Shown one piece after another: positions 49,615-61,649 of a DNA stretch of 64,000 nt. A program made the position numbers and the translations under genes. The DNA lies in contig NC_081387.1 of NCBI RefSeq assembly GCF_030684315.1, forward strand, positions 9,506,822 through 9,570,821, in the 5' to 3' direction. The stretch's first letter is position 1, and every line of letters begins with the position of its first letter. Origin of the DNA: Stegostoma tigrinum (taxonomy: Eukaryota). The notes beneath the pieces are model-generated. The model was not told the DNA's origin, searched no databases, and saw only the letters and a list, made by a program, of their open reading frames with translations.

Positions 49615-51095
49615 ATGGACCAGTGGATAGTAAATAATTTCATTGTTAACTTTGAAAGGTATACTATACTATGCTTGCTCTTATCGGTATTTCTGGTAAG
49701 TCTTCAAGTCGAATTATTAATTCCACAGACTTTATTTAAATGCATTAATGTTTTTGACATTAAGCCAGTTACAATATTAGTTGAATGTCTGTCATGCTTG
49801 GTGTCATGTTAAAACAAGTTCATCATGGCCAGAGGTCCAATCTCATATTGGTTTTAGGATAAGACTCATCTGACTTTGAAAAATAAACAAATAAGCACTG
49901 TAATGTGAGAAATCTGCTGAGGTCAGTTGAAACAATCTGCCGTACTTTGTTTGATGGAAGAACAAGTCAATTCTGGAAAAGCAAAGCCTGCCGCTAGAGA
50001 CAGTGAGTACTTTGATCCTTATGTTTTTGTTTGGAATATCTCTGCCATGCCTGCGTTACAGTGAATGCATTTTCATCTTAAAACCACAAGTTGTGGTGGT
50101 AGCAAACGCCTGATCACAGGTGGGGTCATGACCTATATTAACCATCAGCCAGAGAGTACTGGTTCCAAGTGTGAGTTTGAGGGTTGTCATATCCTTTGTG
50201 ACAATAAGCCTCTGGTCAATTCATCTGGTCACTTTGCACAACTTTCTTCACTATGTCATTGGGGATGCAACATCTTCCATCATCTGTGCACGTCCAGCCC
50301 CAGAAAGACTTTATTAATGGTTTATCAACAAGATCCTAGGTTTATGCCTTGATTATTTTGTCCTTTAAATGGCAAGGGTATCTGTAGGTTTTGGAATTGT
50401 ATGTTGTTGAACATTTGCTATTGGCGGTTACAAGTTGTGTAACCTTAGTTGCCATTCACCAAAGCACAAAACATATAGATCAGACTGTGGACATAAATAT
50501 TGGCTATCTATGTACTAATATGTTTATTTTTCTTTGTCGATTTCATTAGTCAGCCAACGTTCATGCATGACATTTTTTGTCGTGATGAGGTAAATAGGCT
50601 GGCAACAGACTCTTTTTCTGTCACCATTTTTCCAATGTAGTGGAATGTACAGTCTGCTGACAATCATGTGTTGTTGAGTATTGATACGTAGAAACATATA
50701 AATCTTTCCTCTCATAACAACATTCTGTAAACTGTTTCTGAAGGTGTACATGGCAGACACCTGACATAGATTATCCATGAGCATGTTGAAGTAATCTTCT
50801 GACTGTGTAAATAGGGTACCACATCATTAACATACAGACATTCCTTTAAAAGAATACATAATTTTCAGCCTTTATTGCTAGAAGATTTTCTCATCTAATC
50901 GTGCCTCCAGGTACATTCCCTCCATGTCAACATTGTTAGTCTAGTCAGTATCACCAACGTAAATAAACCATACAAAACATAGGCAAAGCAAAATATCACT
51001 GAATATCAAATAACTGTTTGGCATTTATTGATAATTCATAACAGAACATTAAATACGATTCCCTATATATATATATATATGCATGTATGTATGTA

Positions 51096-51130
<35 letters not shown>

Positions 51131-51530
51131 CAGTCAATCTAGTGACAACTCTGATGCTATCACATGGAAAATGTATTGAATCCAAATGATTTGGTTTTGT
51201 TTCTGATTTATAGCGTTCGCAGTTCTTTGGGTTTTTATTAATGATCTGCTGATTGTTATCATCAACCTGATAATGATGGACATTCCAGTCACTCATTATA
51301 AACAAGGTATTACTGTGTTGTCCATTCCCCACATGCATTATTGATCCACATCCTGTTCACAGTCACCTTCATCACGATAACTCAGAGAAAACTTCATCTG
51401 TGGCTCTGCAAACAGTGACTGTACTACCATGTTTATTGTAAATGAGGTGGCATTTAATGCTTATGGATCAGTATTGCCTGTGGAATGTCCCCTTACATTT
51501 CCACATTGTGAAGCTGTAATAGGGCATCAT
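49615..51530 (+). pseudogene. GPR139-like pseudogene E (exon 1 49615-49695, exon 2 from 51134)
   Basis: MDQWIVNNFIVNFER/YYTMLALIGIS-G|gtaagt with a 1-nt deletion; exon 2 NLVTTLMLSHGKCIESK*..DLLIVIINL..LFTVTF..SEKTSSVALQTVTVL..DQYCLWNVPL. Confidence 0.85.
51064..51130. repeat. (AT)n/(GTAT)n/(GT)n microsatellite
   Basis: Directly visible; abuts the exon 2 acceptor of pseudogene E. Confidence 0.9.
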
Positions 51531-51759
51531 GATTCAGGTTAACAATTGAGTACAATGCTGAAGATAATGCAATGAAAATTCCCAAGGATATCATCAGAAA
51601 ATCATGGGTATTTGTATCGGAAAATGATTAGAAGGTTGGGGCTCTTATCTTTCAAAATTAAGATGGCTTAAAAAGTGATCCAAACATGGGTCTTAAATGA
51701 TGGAAAATTGCCTTACTATTGACAGAGAGGTAATATTTCTTCTGTTGAGAAAAACTGTA

Positions 51760-54700
51760 AGAGAGGACGTCACTGAAGGGAGGAGTCGGAGGGTGGAGCA
51801 GTAGCACAGTGTATTTATAAATGTATCTGAGTTTCGGGCACATTATGGCTGCGAAAAAAAAAAGACTGACTTACAGGGAAGCTGTGGCCTGAATGGCTGT
51901 AGGAAATTTGCACTAAATTTGAAAAGAAAGAACGCGGCAAAGGAGCACTAATACATTAATTTACTCATGAATAACTTTGTATAAAGAATAAGTTGATTAA
52001 TTATGTAGAGACAGTTGGACAGGTAATGTGCTGTAACTGTATGAAGTGAGAGCTGGCAGTTCCTATTGTGAACTGCAGTGACCACATCTGCAGTAAGTAT
52101 TGGTTGCTAGAACTATCGCTCAGGGTTTATGAGTATGAATCTGAGCTTCAAACACTGCCTTACAATTTGGGAGGGGGAGAAGTACCTAGACACTTTGCTT
52201 CTGGATGTGGTTATGCCTGTATGAGACACTTACTCCCTGTGAGGATGAGGAAGAGAGCTATTGGGAAGATGAGATGGCTGACCACTGCACCGAGGTACAG
52301 GGGGCCAGTCAAGGAGGGGGCAACAAGGACAGTTGTAGGGGACTCTCTAATTAAGGGCATTGATAGCATCCTTTGTAAGCAGGAACAAAAGTCTCATGGT
52401 GTCTTGCCTGCCCATTACCAGGGTGAGGGACATTCTGACCTGCTTAAAAGAATGTTGGATTAGAAGGTTGAGGATGCAGTTATTGTGAACAACGTTTGTT
52501 AAAGCAACATTTGCAGAGCTAGAAAGGAGGAAATGTTTGGGGGTTATCAAGCATTATGAATGAAATGAGGGAACAGGACCTCAAGGGTTAAAATACCCGG
52601 AGCACTACCCGGGCCATGTGCAAATTGACTTAAGGATAAGTAAATATGGGAACTGAACACGTGGCAAAAAGTTTGGTTGCAGGAAAGAGGGGTTCCATTT
52701 CATGGGGCATAAGCAACAGTTTTAGAACAGGAGGCAACCATACCTTTGGGATGGTCACCACCTGAAATTATTTGGAACCAGTGTTCTAGTGAAAAGGATA
52801 AATAGGGTGGTCACTAGGATTTTGATGCCAGAATTTTTAAAAAAAGAACAAGTTATTAAAAAAAAACAAGTATGAAGGCACTTTACCCAAATGTTGGGAG
52901 CATTCCAAAAAATGTAGATTAGTGAATGGCACAAATTACTGTGAATGAGTATGATTTAGTAGCCATTAGGGAAACATGACTGCAGGATGGTCACAACTGG
53001 GACTTAAATTTCTTAGGGGATCAGTCTATACAGAAGAACACACAGGAAGGTAAGTGGGGTGGTGTAGCTTTGATATTTAAGGATGAAATCAGGGTGGTAG
53101 TGTGAGTTGATATAGGTTACATGCAGAATAATGTTGAATCAATTTGGGTCAAAATTAGAAATTCTAAAAAGAAAAAGCCACTGATAGGCATATTCTTGAG
53201 GTCACCAAGTAGTAGCATCACATTGGGGTGGGCAATAAACAAACACATAGCTCATGTCTATAAACATGGCATGTTAATTATCATGGGGGACTGTCATATC
53301 AATTGGTTGGACCAGGTCTGTCAAGGCAGCCTTGGGGAGCTGTTAATTGAATGCATTGATGATAGTTTTCTTGAATACTATGGAACAGACCTGACAAGGG
53401 AGGAAAATATTCCAGATCTGGTCCAGTGTAATGAGACATAAATGATTACTGATCTCATGGTTAGGAATCCTCTTGAAAGGTGCAATCATAGTTTCGTTGA
53501 ATGTAGAATGCAGATTGGAATGTGAAAAGATAAAAGACACTACCAAGTCCCTGAGCTTGAGAACGGAGAATGCAGTAGAAAGAGGGAGGAATTTGCAAAA
53601 GTGAACTGGAAACAGAGACTTTATGGTGGGACAGTTGAGGAACAATGGAGTGCTTATAAATCAAGTTTTCAAAGTGCTCAGCAAAAGAATGTTCCAGGAT
53701 GTAACTAGAGGTACCAAGGGGTAATTAGCCATGGATATCTAAGAAAATAAGAGAGGCGATCAAATTGAAAGATAAGGCATACTAAGGAATAAAAGAATGA
53801 TGCAAGTAAGATTAGGCCCAATCAAGGATAGTAGTGGTAAGTTGTGTGTGGAGTCAGATGAGATAGGGGAAGCGCTAAATGAATATTTTTCAACAGTATT
53901 CACTCTAGAAAATGACAATGTTGTCAAGAAGAATACTGAGATACAGGCTACTAGACTAGGTGGGATTGAGGTTCACAAGGAAGAGGTATTAGAAATCCTA
54001 CAGAGGGTGAAGATAGATAGGTCCCCTGGGCCGGATGGGATTTATCCTCAGATCCTCTGGGAAGCCAGGGAGGAGATTGCCGAGCCTTTGGCATTGATCT
54101 TTAACTTGTCTTTGTCTACAGTAATAGTGCCAGATGACTGGAGGATAACAAATGTGGTTCCCCTGTTCAAGAAGGGGAGTAGAGACAACCTTGGAAATTA
54201 TAGACCAGTGAGCCTTACCTCAGTTGTTGGTAAAGTGTTGGAAAAGGTTATAAGGGATAGGATTTATCTTCATCTAGAAAAGAATAAATTGATTGGGGAT
54301 AGTCGGCACGGTTTTGTGAAGGGAAGGTCGTGCCTCACAAATCTTATTGAGGTCTTTGAGAAGGTGACCAAACAGGTCGATTAGAGTAAACCAGTTGATG
54401 TGGTGTATATGGATTTCAGCAAGGCGTTTGATAAGGTTGCCCACAGTAGGCTATTGTACAAAATGTGGAGGAATGGAATTGTGGGAGATTTGGCATTTTG
54501 GATTGGAAATTAGCTTGCTGAAAGAAGACAGAGGGTGGTAGTTGATGGGAAATGTTCATCCTGGAGACCAGTTACTAGTGGTGTACCGCAAGGGTCGGTG
54601 TTGGGTCCACTGCTGTTTGTCAGTATTTTATAAATGACCTGGATGAGGGCGTAGAAGGATGGGTTAGAAAATTTGCAGACGACACTAAGGTCGGTGGAGT

Positions 54701-57540
54701 TGTGGATAGTGACGAAGGATGTTGTAGGTTACAAAGAGACATAGATAAGCTGCAGAGCTGGGCTGAGAGGTGGCAAATGGAGTTTAATGCGGACAAGCGT
54801 GAGGTGATCCACTTTGGTAGGAGTAACCGGAAGGCAAAGTACAGGGCTAATGGTAAGATTCTTGGTAGTGTAGATGGGCAGAGAGACCTCGGTGTCCATG
54901 TACACAGATCCTTGAAAGTTGCCACCCAGGTTGACAGCGCTGTTAAGAAGGCATACAGTGTTTTAGCTTTTATTAATAGAGAGATCGAGTTCCAGAACCA
55001 AGAGGTTATGGTGAAGCTGTACAAAACTCTGGTGTGGCCGCACTTGGAGTATTGTGTACAGTTCTGGTCACCGCACTATAAGAAGGATGTGGAAGCTTTG
55101 GAAAAGGTGCAGAGGAGATTTACAAGGATGTTGCCTGGTATGGAGGGAAGGTCTTACGAGGAAAGGCTGAGGGACTTGAGACTGTTTTCATTGGAGAGAA
55201 GAAGGTTGAGAGGTGACTTAATTGAGACATATAAAATAAACAGAGGGTTAGATAGGGTGGATAGGGAGAGTCATTTTCCTAGGATGGTGATGGCGAGCAT
55301 GAGGGGGCATAGCTTTAAATTGAGGGGTGAAAGATATGGGACAGATGCCAGAGGTAGTTTCTTTACTCAGAGATTAGTAAGGGAATGGAACGCTTTGCCT
55401 GCAACCGTGGTAGATTCGCCAACTTTAGGTACATTTAAGTCGTCATTGGACAAGCATATGGACGTACATGGAATAGTGCAGGTTAGATGGGCTTGAGATC
55501 GGTATGACAGGTCGGCACAACATCGAGGGCCGAAGGGCCTGTACTGTGCTGTAATGTTCTATGTTCTATGTTCTAAAGTTGTTAAGACCAGTCGGAAATT
55601 AGAAGATAGGGAAACAAATTACAGGTCAACAGAAACCCACAAAAAAAATCTGTAAAGAAAAGCAAGATAGATAATGAGATTAAACTAGCTCAGAATATAA
55701 AGACCTGTAACACAAGTTTCTACAAATACATAAAATGTAAATGAGTGGCAAAGGTAAGTGTTAGTCCTTCAGAGGATTAGAACAGGGATTAATAATGTGA
55801 TATGAGGAAATAGCCGAGGCATTGAACAGATATTTTGCATTGGTTTTCACAGTGGAGGACAGGAATAACATGCTAGTAATTGATGACAAGGAAACTAAGA
55901 TAGCTGAAGAGCCAGAAATGATCACTATCACAAAATAAGTGGTGCTGGGAAAGCTAATGGAGCTGAAGGTGGACAAGTCTCCTAGCCCTGATGGAATACA
56001 TCCCAGGGTACCTAAAGAGGTGACAGGAGAAATAGCAAATGCACCCTCTGTAATTTTCTCTGGGGCAATTCCAGTAGATTAGAGAACAGAAAATGTGACA
56101 TCACTGTTTAGTAAAAGGAGGTAGACAAAAAATGGGGAATTATAGGCTGGTTAGTTTAACTTTTGTAGGTGGAAAATGCTTGAAACTGTCATCAGGGAAG
56201 AAAAGAAAAACAATACATCTGGACAGAAATTGTCCCATTCAGCAGCTGCAGCATGGTTTCGTAAGGGGCCGATCATATTTGACTAATTTGCTGGAATTCT
56301 ATGAAGCCATTTTGAACACAGCCGACAACAAGGAGCCAGTACATGTGGTGTATCTGGTTTTCCAAAAGGCATTCATCAAAGTACCGCACAAAAGGCTGCT
56401 GCATTCTATAAATGTGCATGGCATTACAGGCAATACATTAGCATGGATAGAGGATTGGTTAACTAACAGAAAACAAAGAGTGGGGATAACTGAATGCTTC
56501 CCCGGTTGGTAATCAGTGTCAATGGGTGTGGCTCAGGGATCAGTGTTGAGACCACATCTGTTTACAATTTACATAGATGCTTTGGAGCTGATGACCATGT
56601 GTAGTATGTGAAAGTTTGTGATGACACTAAGATAAATGGTGGAACAAAGTGTGCAGAAGACTCTGAAATATTGGATAGGGGTATTGATCATTTCAGCGAA
56701 AGGACAAGCGTTTGGGAGATGCATTACAATTTTGACAAAATATGAAGTCAATCATGTTGGTCGGGACTACAGTGAAAAGGACTATTATTTGAATGGTTAA
56801 AAAAGATGCATCATGCCACTGTGCAGAGGCATCTTGTTGTCCTTGTTCACAAATCACAGAAAGTTGGTTTGCACGTGCAACAGATAATTAAGAAGGCATT
56901 TGGAAGTTTGTCCTTAATTGCTAGAGGGATTGAGATTAAAATCAGGAAGGTTATGTTAAGCTATATAGGGTGTTGGTGTGGCTACCTGGAGTACTGTGTG
57001 CAGTTTTGGTCTCCTTACACTTGAAAAAGGATGTATTGACACTGGAGGGGATGCAGAGGTGCATCGCGAGGTTGCTTCCAGAGTGGAGGGGTTTGGATAA
57101 CGCGGAGAAACTGAGTAAACTGAAGTTATATTCATTGAAATTTAGAAGCATGAGGGAGGATCTTACGAAAGCATTTAAAATTATGAAGGGGATAACATGG
57201 AAGCAGGGTAGATGTTTCCACTGGTGTGTTAAACTAGAACAAGAGGGCATAGTCTCAAAATTATGGAGAGAAAATTTAAGGTTGAATAGAGGAGGATATT
57301 CTTCACTCAGAGTGTTATGAATTTGTGGAATTCCCATCTCAGTGAAGTCGCTTAACCTTCCTCATTGAATATTTTTGTAGATAAGACAGATAATTTTAGA
57401 GCCGTGATTGAACTGAGGGTTCTGGTGAAAGGGTGAGTAAATGGAGCTGAGGCCATGAAAAGATCAGCTAGGGTCGTATTGAATGGCAGAGCAGGCTCAA
57501 AGGGCTAGATGGCCTGTCTCTGCTCCTGTTTCTTATGTAC
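51760..57540 (+). mobile_element. Old, near full-length CR1 LINE (ORF1 zinc finger/esterase, APE and RT remnants) hosting a younger CR1
   Basis: CSDHICSK, VVGDSLIKG, VESIWVKIRN, GNYRLVSLT, QHGFVRGRSYLTNL; 3' tail at ~57530. Confidence 0.85.
53783..55575 (+). mobile_element. Young 5'-truncated CR1 LINE, same family as 28006-31862
   Basis: RT ORF pieces 53797-54384 and 54702-55496 are nearly identical to the 28-30 kb copy; (GTTCTAT)n tail. Confidence 0.95.
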
Positions 57541-57589
57541 TATATTTGCCACTACAATGCGAACAAGATATCGTTTGAGGAAATGAAAA

Positions 57590-58730
57590 GAAAGCACTTG
57601 AAGACCATTAAGAATATGGAACTTACTAGTACAAGTCTGATTCGAATGACTACTGCAGATACATTCAGGTTGGATGTAAACAAACATTTGAGGCGGCATG
57701 GAATAAATGGTTCTTATGATATTTTTATGGAAAGAACAACGTGGAAGGGCAAATAAAATATTGGCATCTGAATGGTCTCATTGGGCCAAGCCATATTCTC
57801 TGCATCGTAAAACTAATTTAAATTTGGCTGAACAATAACAACTATTGTGTACGTCAGTGCAGTAAATATAATTTAAATTTGTAAACTATTGCAGTGGTGA
57901 TCAGTTAAAATGTTTGTGGCACACATTGTCTGAAATGATTACAGAAATAAAATGCCCATCAAGACCATTGGCAAAGATGGAATTATTTCTGTGTATATTA
58001 CTCAAATTCTGTACAGCTTGTTATGAATTAAAATGGTCATTGGGAATGCTTTTGCTGAATCTCTTTACAAAGATCACAGGAGGACTCAATTATTTAGAAA
58101 ATGTAAAAAAAATGTTTTCGTATATGTTAAGAATATGGAATTTGCCAGCATGAGAACTGATTGCAATGAATACTATAGGTGCATTCAAAATGGCTACAGA
58201 CAAGTGTGAGGTGGAAGGATATAAATGTTAAGAAATGACATGGAAGGGCAAATAAAACACAGGCAGCAGAATGGCCTCATCGTATCAATGAATTTCATTC
58301 ATATGGTGTGTAATGTAAATTATTACTGAAATATGCTGTCACTCGATGTGTGTCAAGAAATTGGAACTTGTTAGCACTACGAATGGTTGCAATGAACACT
58401 ATGGATGCATTCAAAATGCGTATAGGCAAAAATATGATTGATTGGAATGATTACTATGGATGCATTCAAAATGGATACAGGCAAAAATATGACTTATTGG
58501 AATGAATAGGATGGACTAATTGGAATGACTTGTTTGGATGCACTCAAAATAGAAAAAGGCAAAGATATGACATGGAAGGAACTGGGTGCTTATGGCAATA
58601 TATTTATATGAGCAAAAATTGGAACAAATAGTATAGATGAACATGTGAGGCGGAATAGAATAAATGCTTTGGTCTCAAGGGTCAAGCCATTTTCTTTGTG
58701 TCAGATATCTAATTTAAATTATTACTCAAC
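57590..58730 (+). repeat. Degenerate tandem duplications (~220-bp units with nested ~54-bp units)
   Basis: Repeated aagaatatggaa..aatga..actat(g)gatgcattcaaaatg..ggcaaaaatatga and ggaagggcaaataaaa..gaatgg.ctcat. Confidence 0.7.
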
Positions 58731-58869
58731 ATCAAGAAATACTTTGTAAAATTGGCAAAGAAAATATGTCAAGCAATTTTATCTGCATTGTATTTCTACC
58801 AGAAATTATTACGCACTAACAATGTTAACGAACACCCAGACTTCAGTCTCCTGCAGATAATTTCCAATG

Positions 58870-59060
58870 GAAACAAACAAAAAAAACCACTAGGAATCAG
58901 AAACAAAAATAGAAGTGATCGAAGAGCTGGGCATATTTGACAGAATCAGTGGAGAGGGAAAACAGAGTTAAAATTTTAGGTCCAGGGGCTCCTCTTCTGA
59001 AAAAGGAATGCTGCCTGACTGGCTGAGCTTTGCAAGCAATTTCTGTTTTCATTTCTGATA
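58870..59060. mobile_element. Decayed palindromic Penelope-derived element
   Basis: Inverted arms homologous to 322-428 and 10718-10850. Confidence 0.55.
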
Positions 59061-59274
59061 TTTTCTCATGAACCTGTTCAGAGATGTTAACATACAGCTT
59101 CGGAGCAGGAGGAACTTGAACTCAGGCTTCTTAGCTCAGAAATAGCACATTGAGCCAGAAGGGCCCATATCAGTTTCCAGGATTCGAGAGATTCATTGAG
59201 AACCCTTGGTCAGCTCACAGGCTTTGTAATTGCACAGTGAAATCAGATGATATTTAGGGAGAAATCAGGAATAG

Positions 59275-59790
59275 AATCAAGGTGGCAGTAGAGTAGGACT
59301 CTTCAGCGGAGCTCGTAGGCTCTGTCTATTTCTGTGCTTATTTTTCCTCCCATGTTTTTTAAAAAATTCTTTCTTCCTACTTCCCATCCTTGGCCAGTAT
59401 TGGCAATACCCAGTGTAAAGCTAAGTGTGTCTCCAGGCCTCGAGAGCCTCATTATCAAACCAGACCTATGTGGTCTGGGTGCCAGAGTGCACTCGTCTGC
59501 TCTATCTTCTCTGCTTGAAATGATTTTATTTCTGAAGTTTTTATTTCTTTATTCTTCAAAATTACTGCTATGATTTTGTACCTGGGTACTTTTCATACTG
59601 AGGATGGCATGAAGTTCTGCAATGCTGAACTTCTGTTTTAAATATATTTTTCTAAATTCTTCCGGAGAGTCTGTACCAAGATACTTTTGGATCTGCCTGG
59701 GCTTCTTAAAAGATGACTTTGTAAATGTTTTGCTGTGCTCGTGTGAGTACATGTGACAATAAATATAGGTCTAATTCTAATTCAAATTCA
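59275..59790 (+). repeat. Unclassified interspersed repeat related to 9410-9965
   Basis: Ends in gagtacatgtgacaataaa followed by (aattc)-like short repeats. Confidence 0.5.
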
Positions 59791-60564
59791 ATGTGAAGGT
59801 AAATGAGGATTGTCATACCAAGGGTCAGATGTGACACAAAAGGGAAGTCAAACCTCAGGACAGTTAAAAAGTATTTTCAGCCAAAGTTGTCAAAATATAT
59901 AGGTTTCATTTTGCAGTATGAGCTTCAGAGAATATTCTTGTACTATAAAAATCCTGCTATACATTATCAACTTGTATTTCATCATAAGCAAAACTATCTT
60001 TGCATTAGTTACTTTTAGCATAGTTTTCATAGATCATGCAAACTACATAATTACAGAAATAGCTTAAAAATGACTTAATACCCCCAATCATATCAGTGCT
60101 CCCGTCCCCACATATCCAATTTAAAAATGCATAAAATCAATGTCAAATGACTTAGACTAATTCCTGTCTTCCAGAGGTGAAGCTGCATCGTGCTTCACAA
60201 CCGCCTTTGGCTGATAGAAGATTGAAGGCTTTCATCTTCAAAGGAGTAGTAATGCTGGAGTCTTGTAGAACCTTCTTAGGTACTTCGGATTTGCAGAATT
60301 TGCATTAATTACTGTTCTCAGTATGTGAGCTGAAAGGAAACAGAGAAACAAAATTAGTCTTCTCTTCCCAATTAACTATTTGAAAAACACAAAGATGAAC
60401 TACATTGGATAGCCAAACACTAAAAACTTAGTGATGTGTTTACAATGCCATTCATCAGCATCTTCATTCAAATCAACAAAGTAATTAACTATTAAAACAT
60501 AACTAAATGCACCAATGAGATCATTCATAATTAAAAGTGAACATTATCGGAGCGATGTGATAAC

Positions 60565-61460
60565 ACTAGAAAGCGTGTAGACGAGATTTACCGGGATGTT
60601 GCCTGAGCTGGAAAGTCTTAATTTTGGAGAGCAAGATTGCTGCTGATTTCCTTGCAGCACAGGAGGCTGGGTGGGTCATGACTAAAATATATAAAGCTAG
60701 AAGGATCAAGGGTAGAATCAAAGATTCACACAGCACGGAAACAGGCCTTTCCTCCATCCTTCTTCCATTCCCATATGAAACTAATCTGATTTGCCAGCGT
60801 TTTTCCTATATCGCTCTGAACTTTTCCTATTCATGTACTTATCCAAATATCTTTTACATGTTGCAATTGTGCCTGTATCTGCCAATTCCTCTGAAAATTC
60901 ATTCTAAAAGCCATCTGCCCTCTGTGCAAAACAATTGCCTTCCACACCCGTTTAAACCATTCTCTTCTCACCTTAAAATTATGCTCTTTCATTTTTAAAC
61001 GCACCACCCTAGGGAAAGGACCATTGGTGTTTACCGAATCTCTGCCTCTCACGATTTCATAAACATCCATAAGGTTACCCCTCAACCTTCAAAGCTTCAT
61101 TGAAAAGCGACCCAGCCTAACCAGCCTCTTGCAGGAAGGAATATTTCCCTTTAGCAGAGGGGGGGGGGGGGGGGGAATGACCAGAAGGTTGATTATAAGG
61201 AGCAGGAGGCTTAGAGATGACTTTTTTTTCTTCAGCCTGAGGGTGACATGAATATGCATCTCACTGTGTGCATGGTGGTAAAATTACAAATCCTCATATC
61301 TGTAAGAAGTGTTGTGCTCTTATGCTACCGAGGCATAATCGATTTTGCACCAGTGCGGGAAAGTTGGATTACAAGAGTGAGGCAGTACTTTCTTTGAATA
61401 TCACAGGCTCAGTAGACTGAGGCACACTTTTTTTTTTGTGCTGCACATTCCTGTTACTGT
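60565..61460. mobile_element. Nested CR1 3' fragments in both orientations
   Basis: Minus-strand RGNLMDVYEIVRG..HNFKVR (60715-61130) lies inside a plus-strand remnant. Confidence 0.65.
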
Positions 61461-61589
61461 AACTCTGAGAACTGTCACAAACATTATGAAGTGTTTGTAA
61501 CACATTCGTTCCTTTACAACCTGGATGGCAGCAGCTCACTGAGCCATGAGTTGCCTTTTGGCTCCAAAATGTCTGGATTTTTAATTCTA

Positions 61590-61613
61590 AAGTATTCTTT
61601 CCTTCTTTGCTAG
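61590..61613 (+). promoter_or_regulatory. Splice acceptor preceding the muscarinic coding exon
   Basis: ttctttccttctttgctag; vertebrate CHRM genes typically have non-coding 5' exons spliced to one coding exon. Confidence 0.7.
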
Positions 61614-61649
61614 GCCTCGTCAGTGCCAGCTGTACATCACAATGAATTG

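Noticed and set aside
50524-50830. Possible further GPR139-like TM6/TM7 remnant on the minus strand
   Set aside because: Too degenerate to support without an alignment tool.
58390-58580. Repeat-spacer-like periodicity suggesting CRISPR
   Set aside because: Vertebrate DNA; the units are degenerate tandem copies without unique spacers or cas genes.
61623-61649. GTG start of the muscarinic ORF
   Set aside because: This is a eukaryotic gene, and in-frame ATGs at 61650 and 61668 are the plausible starts.
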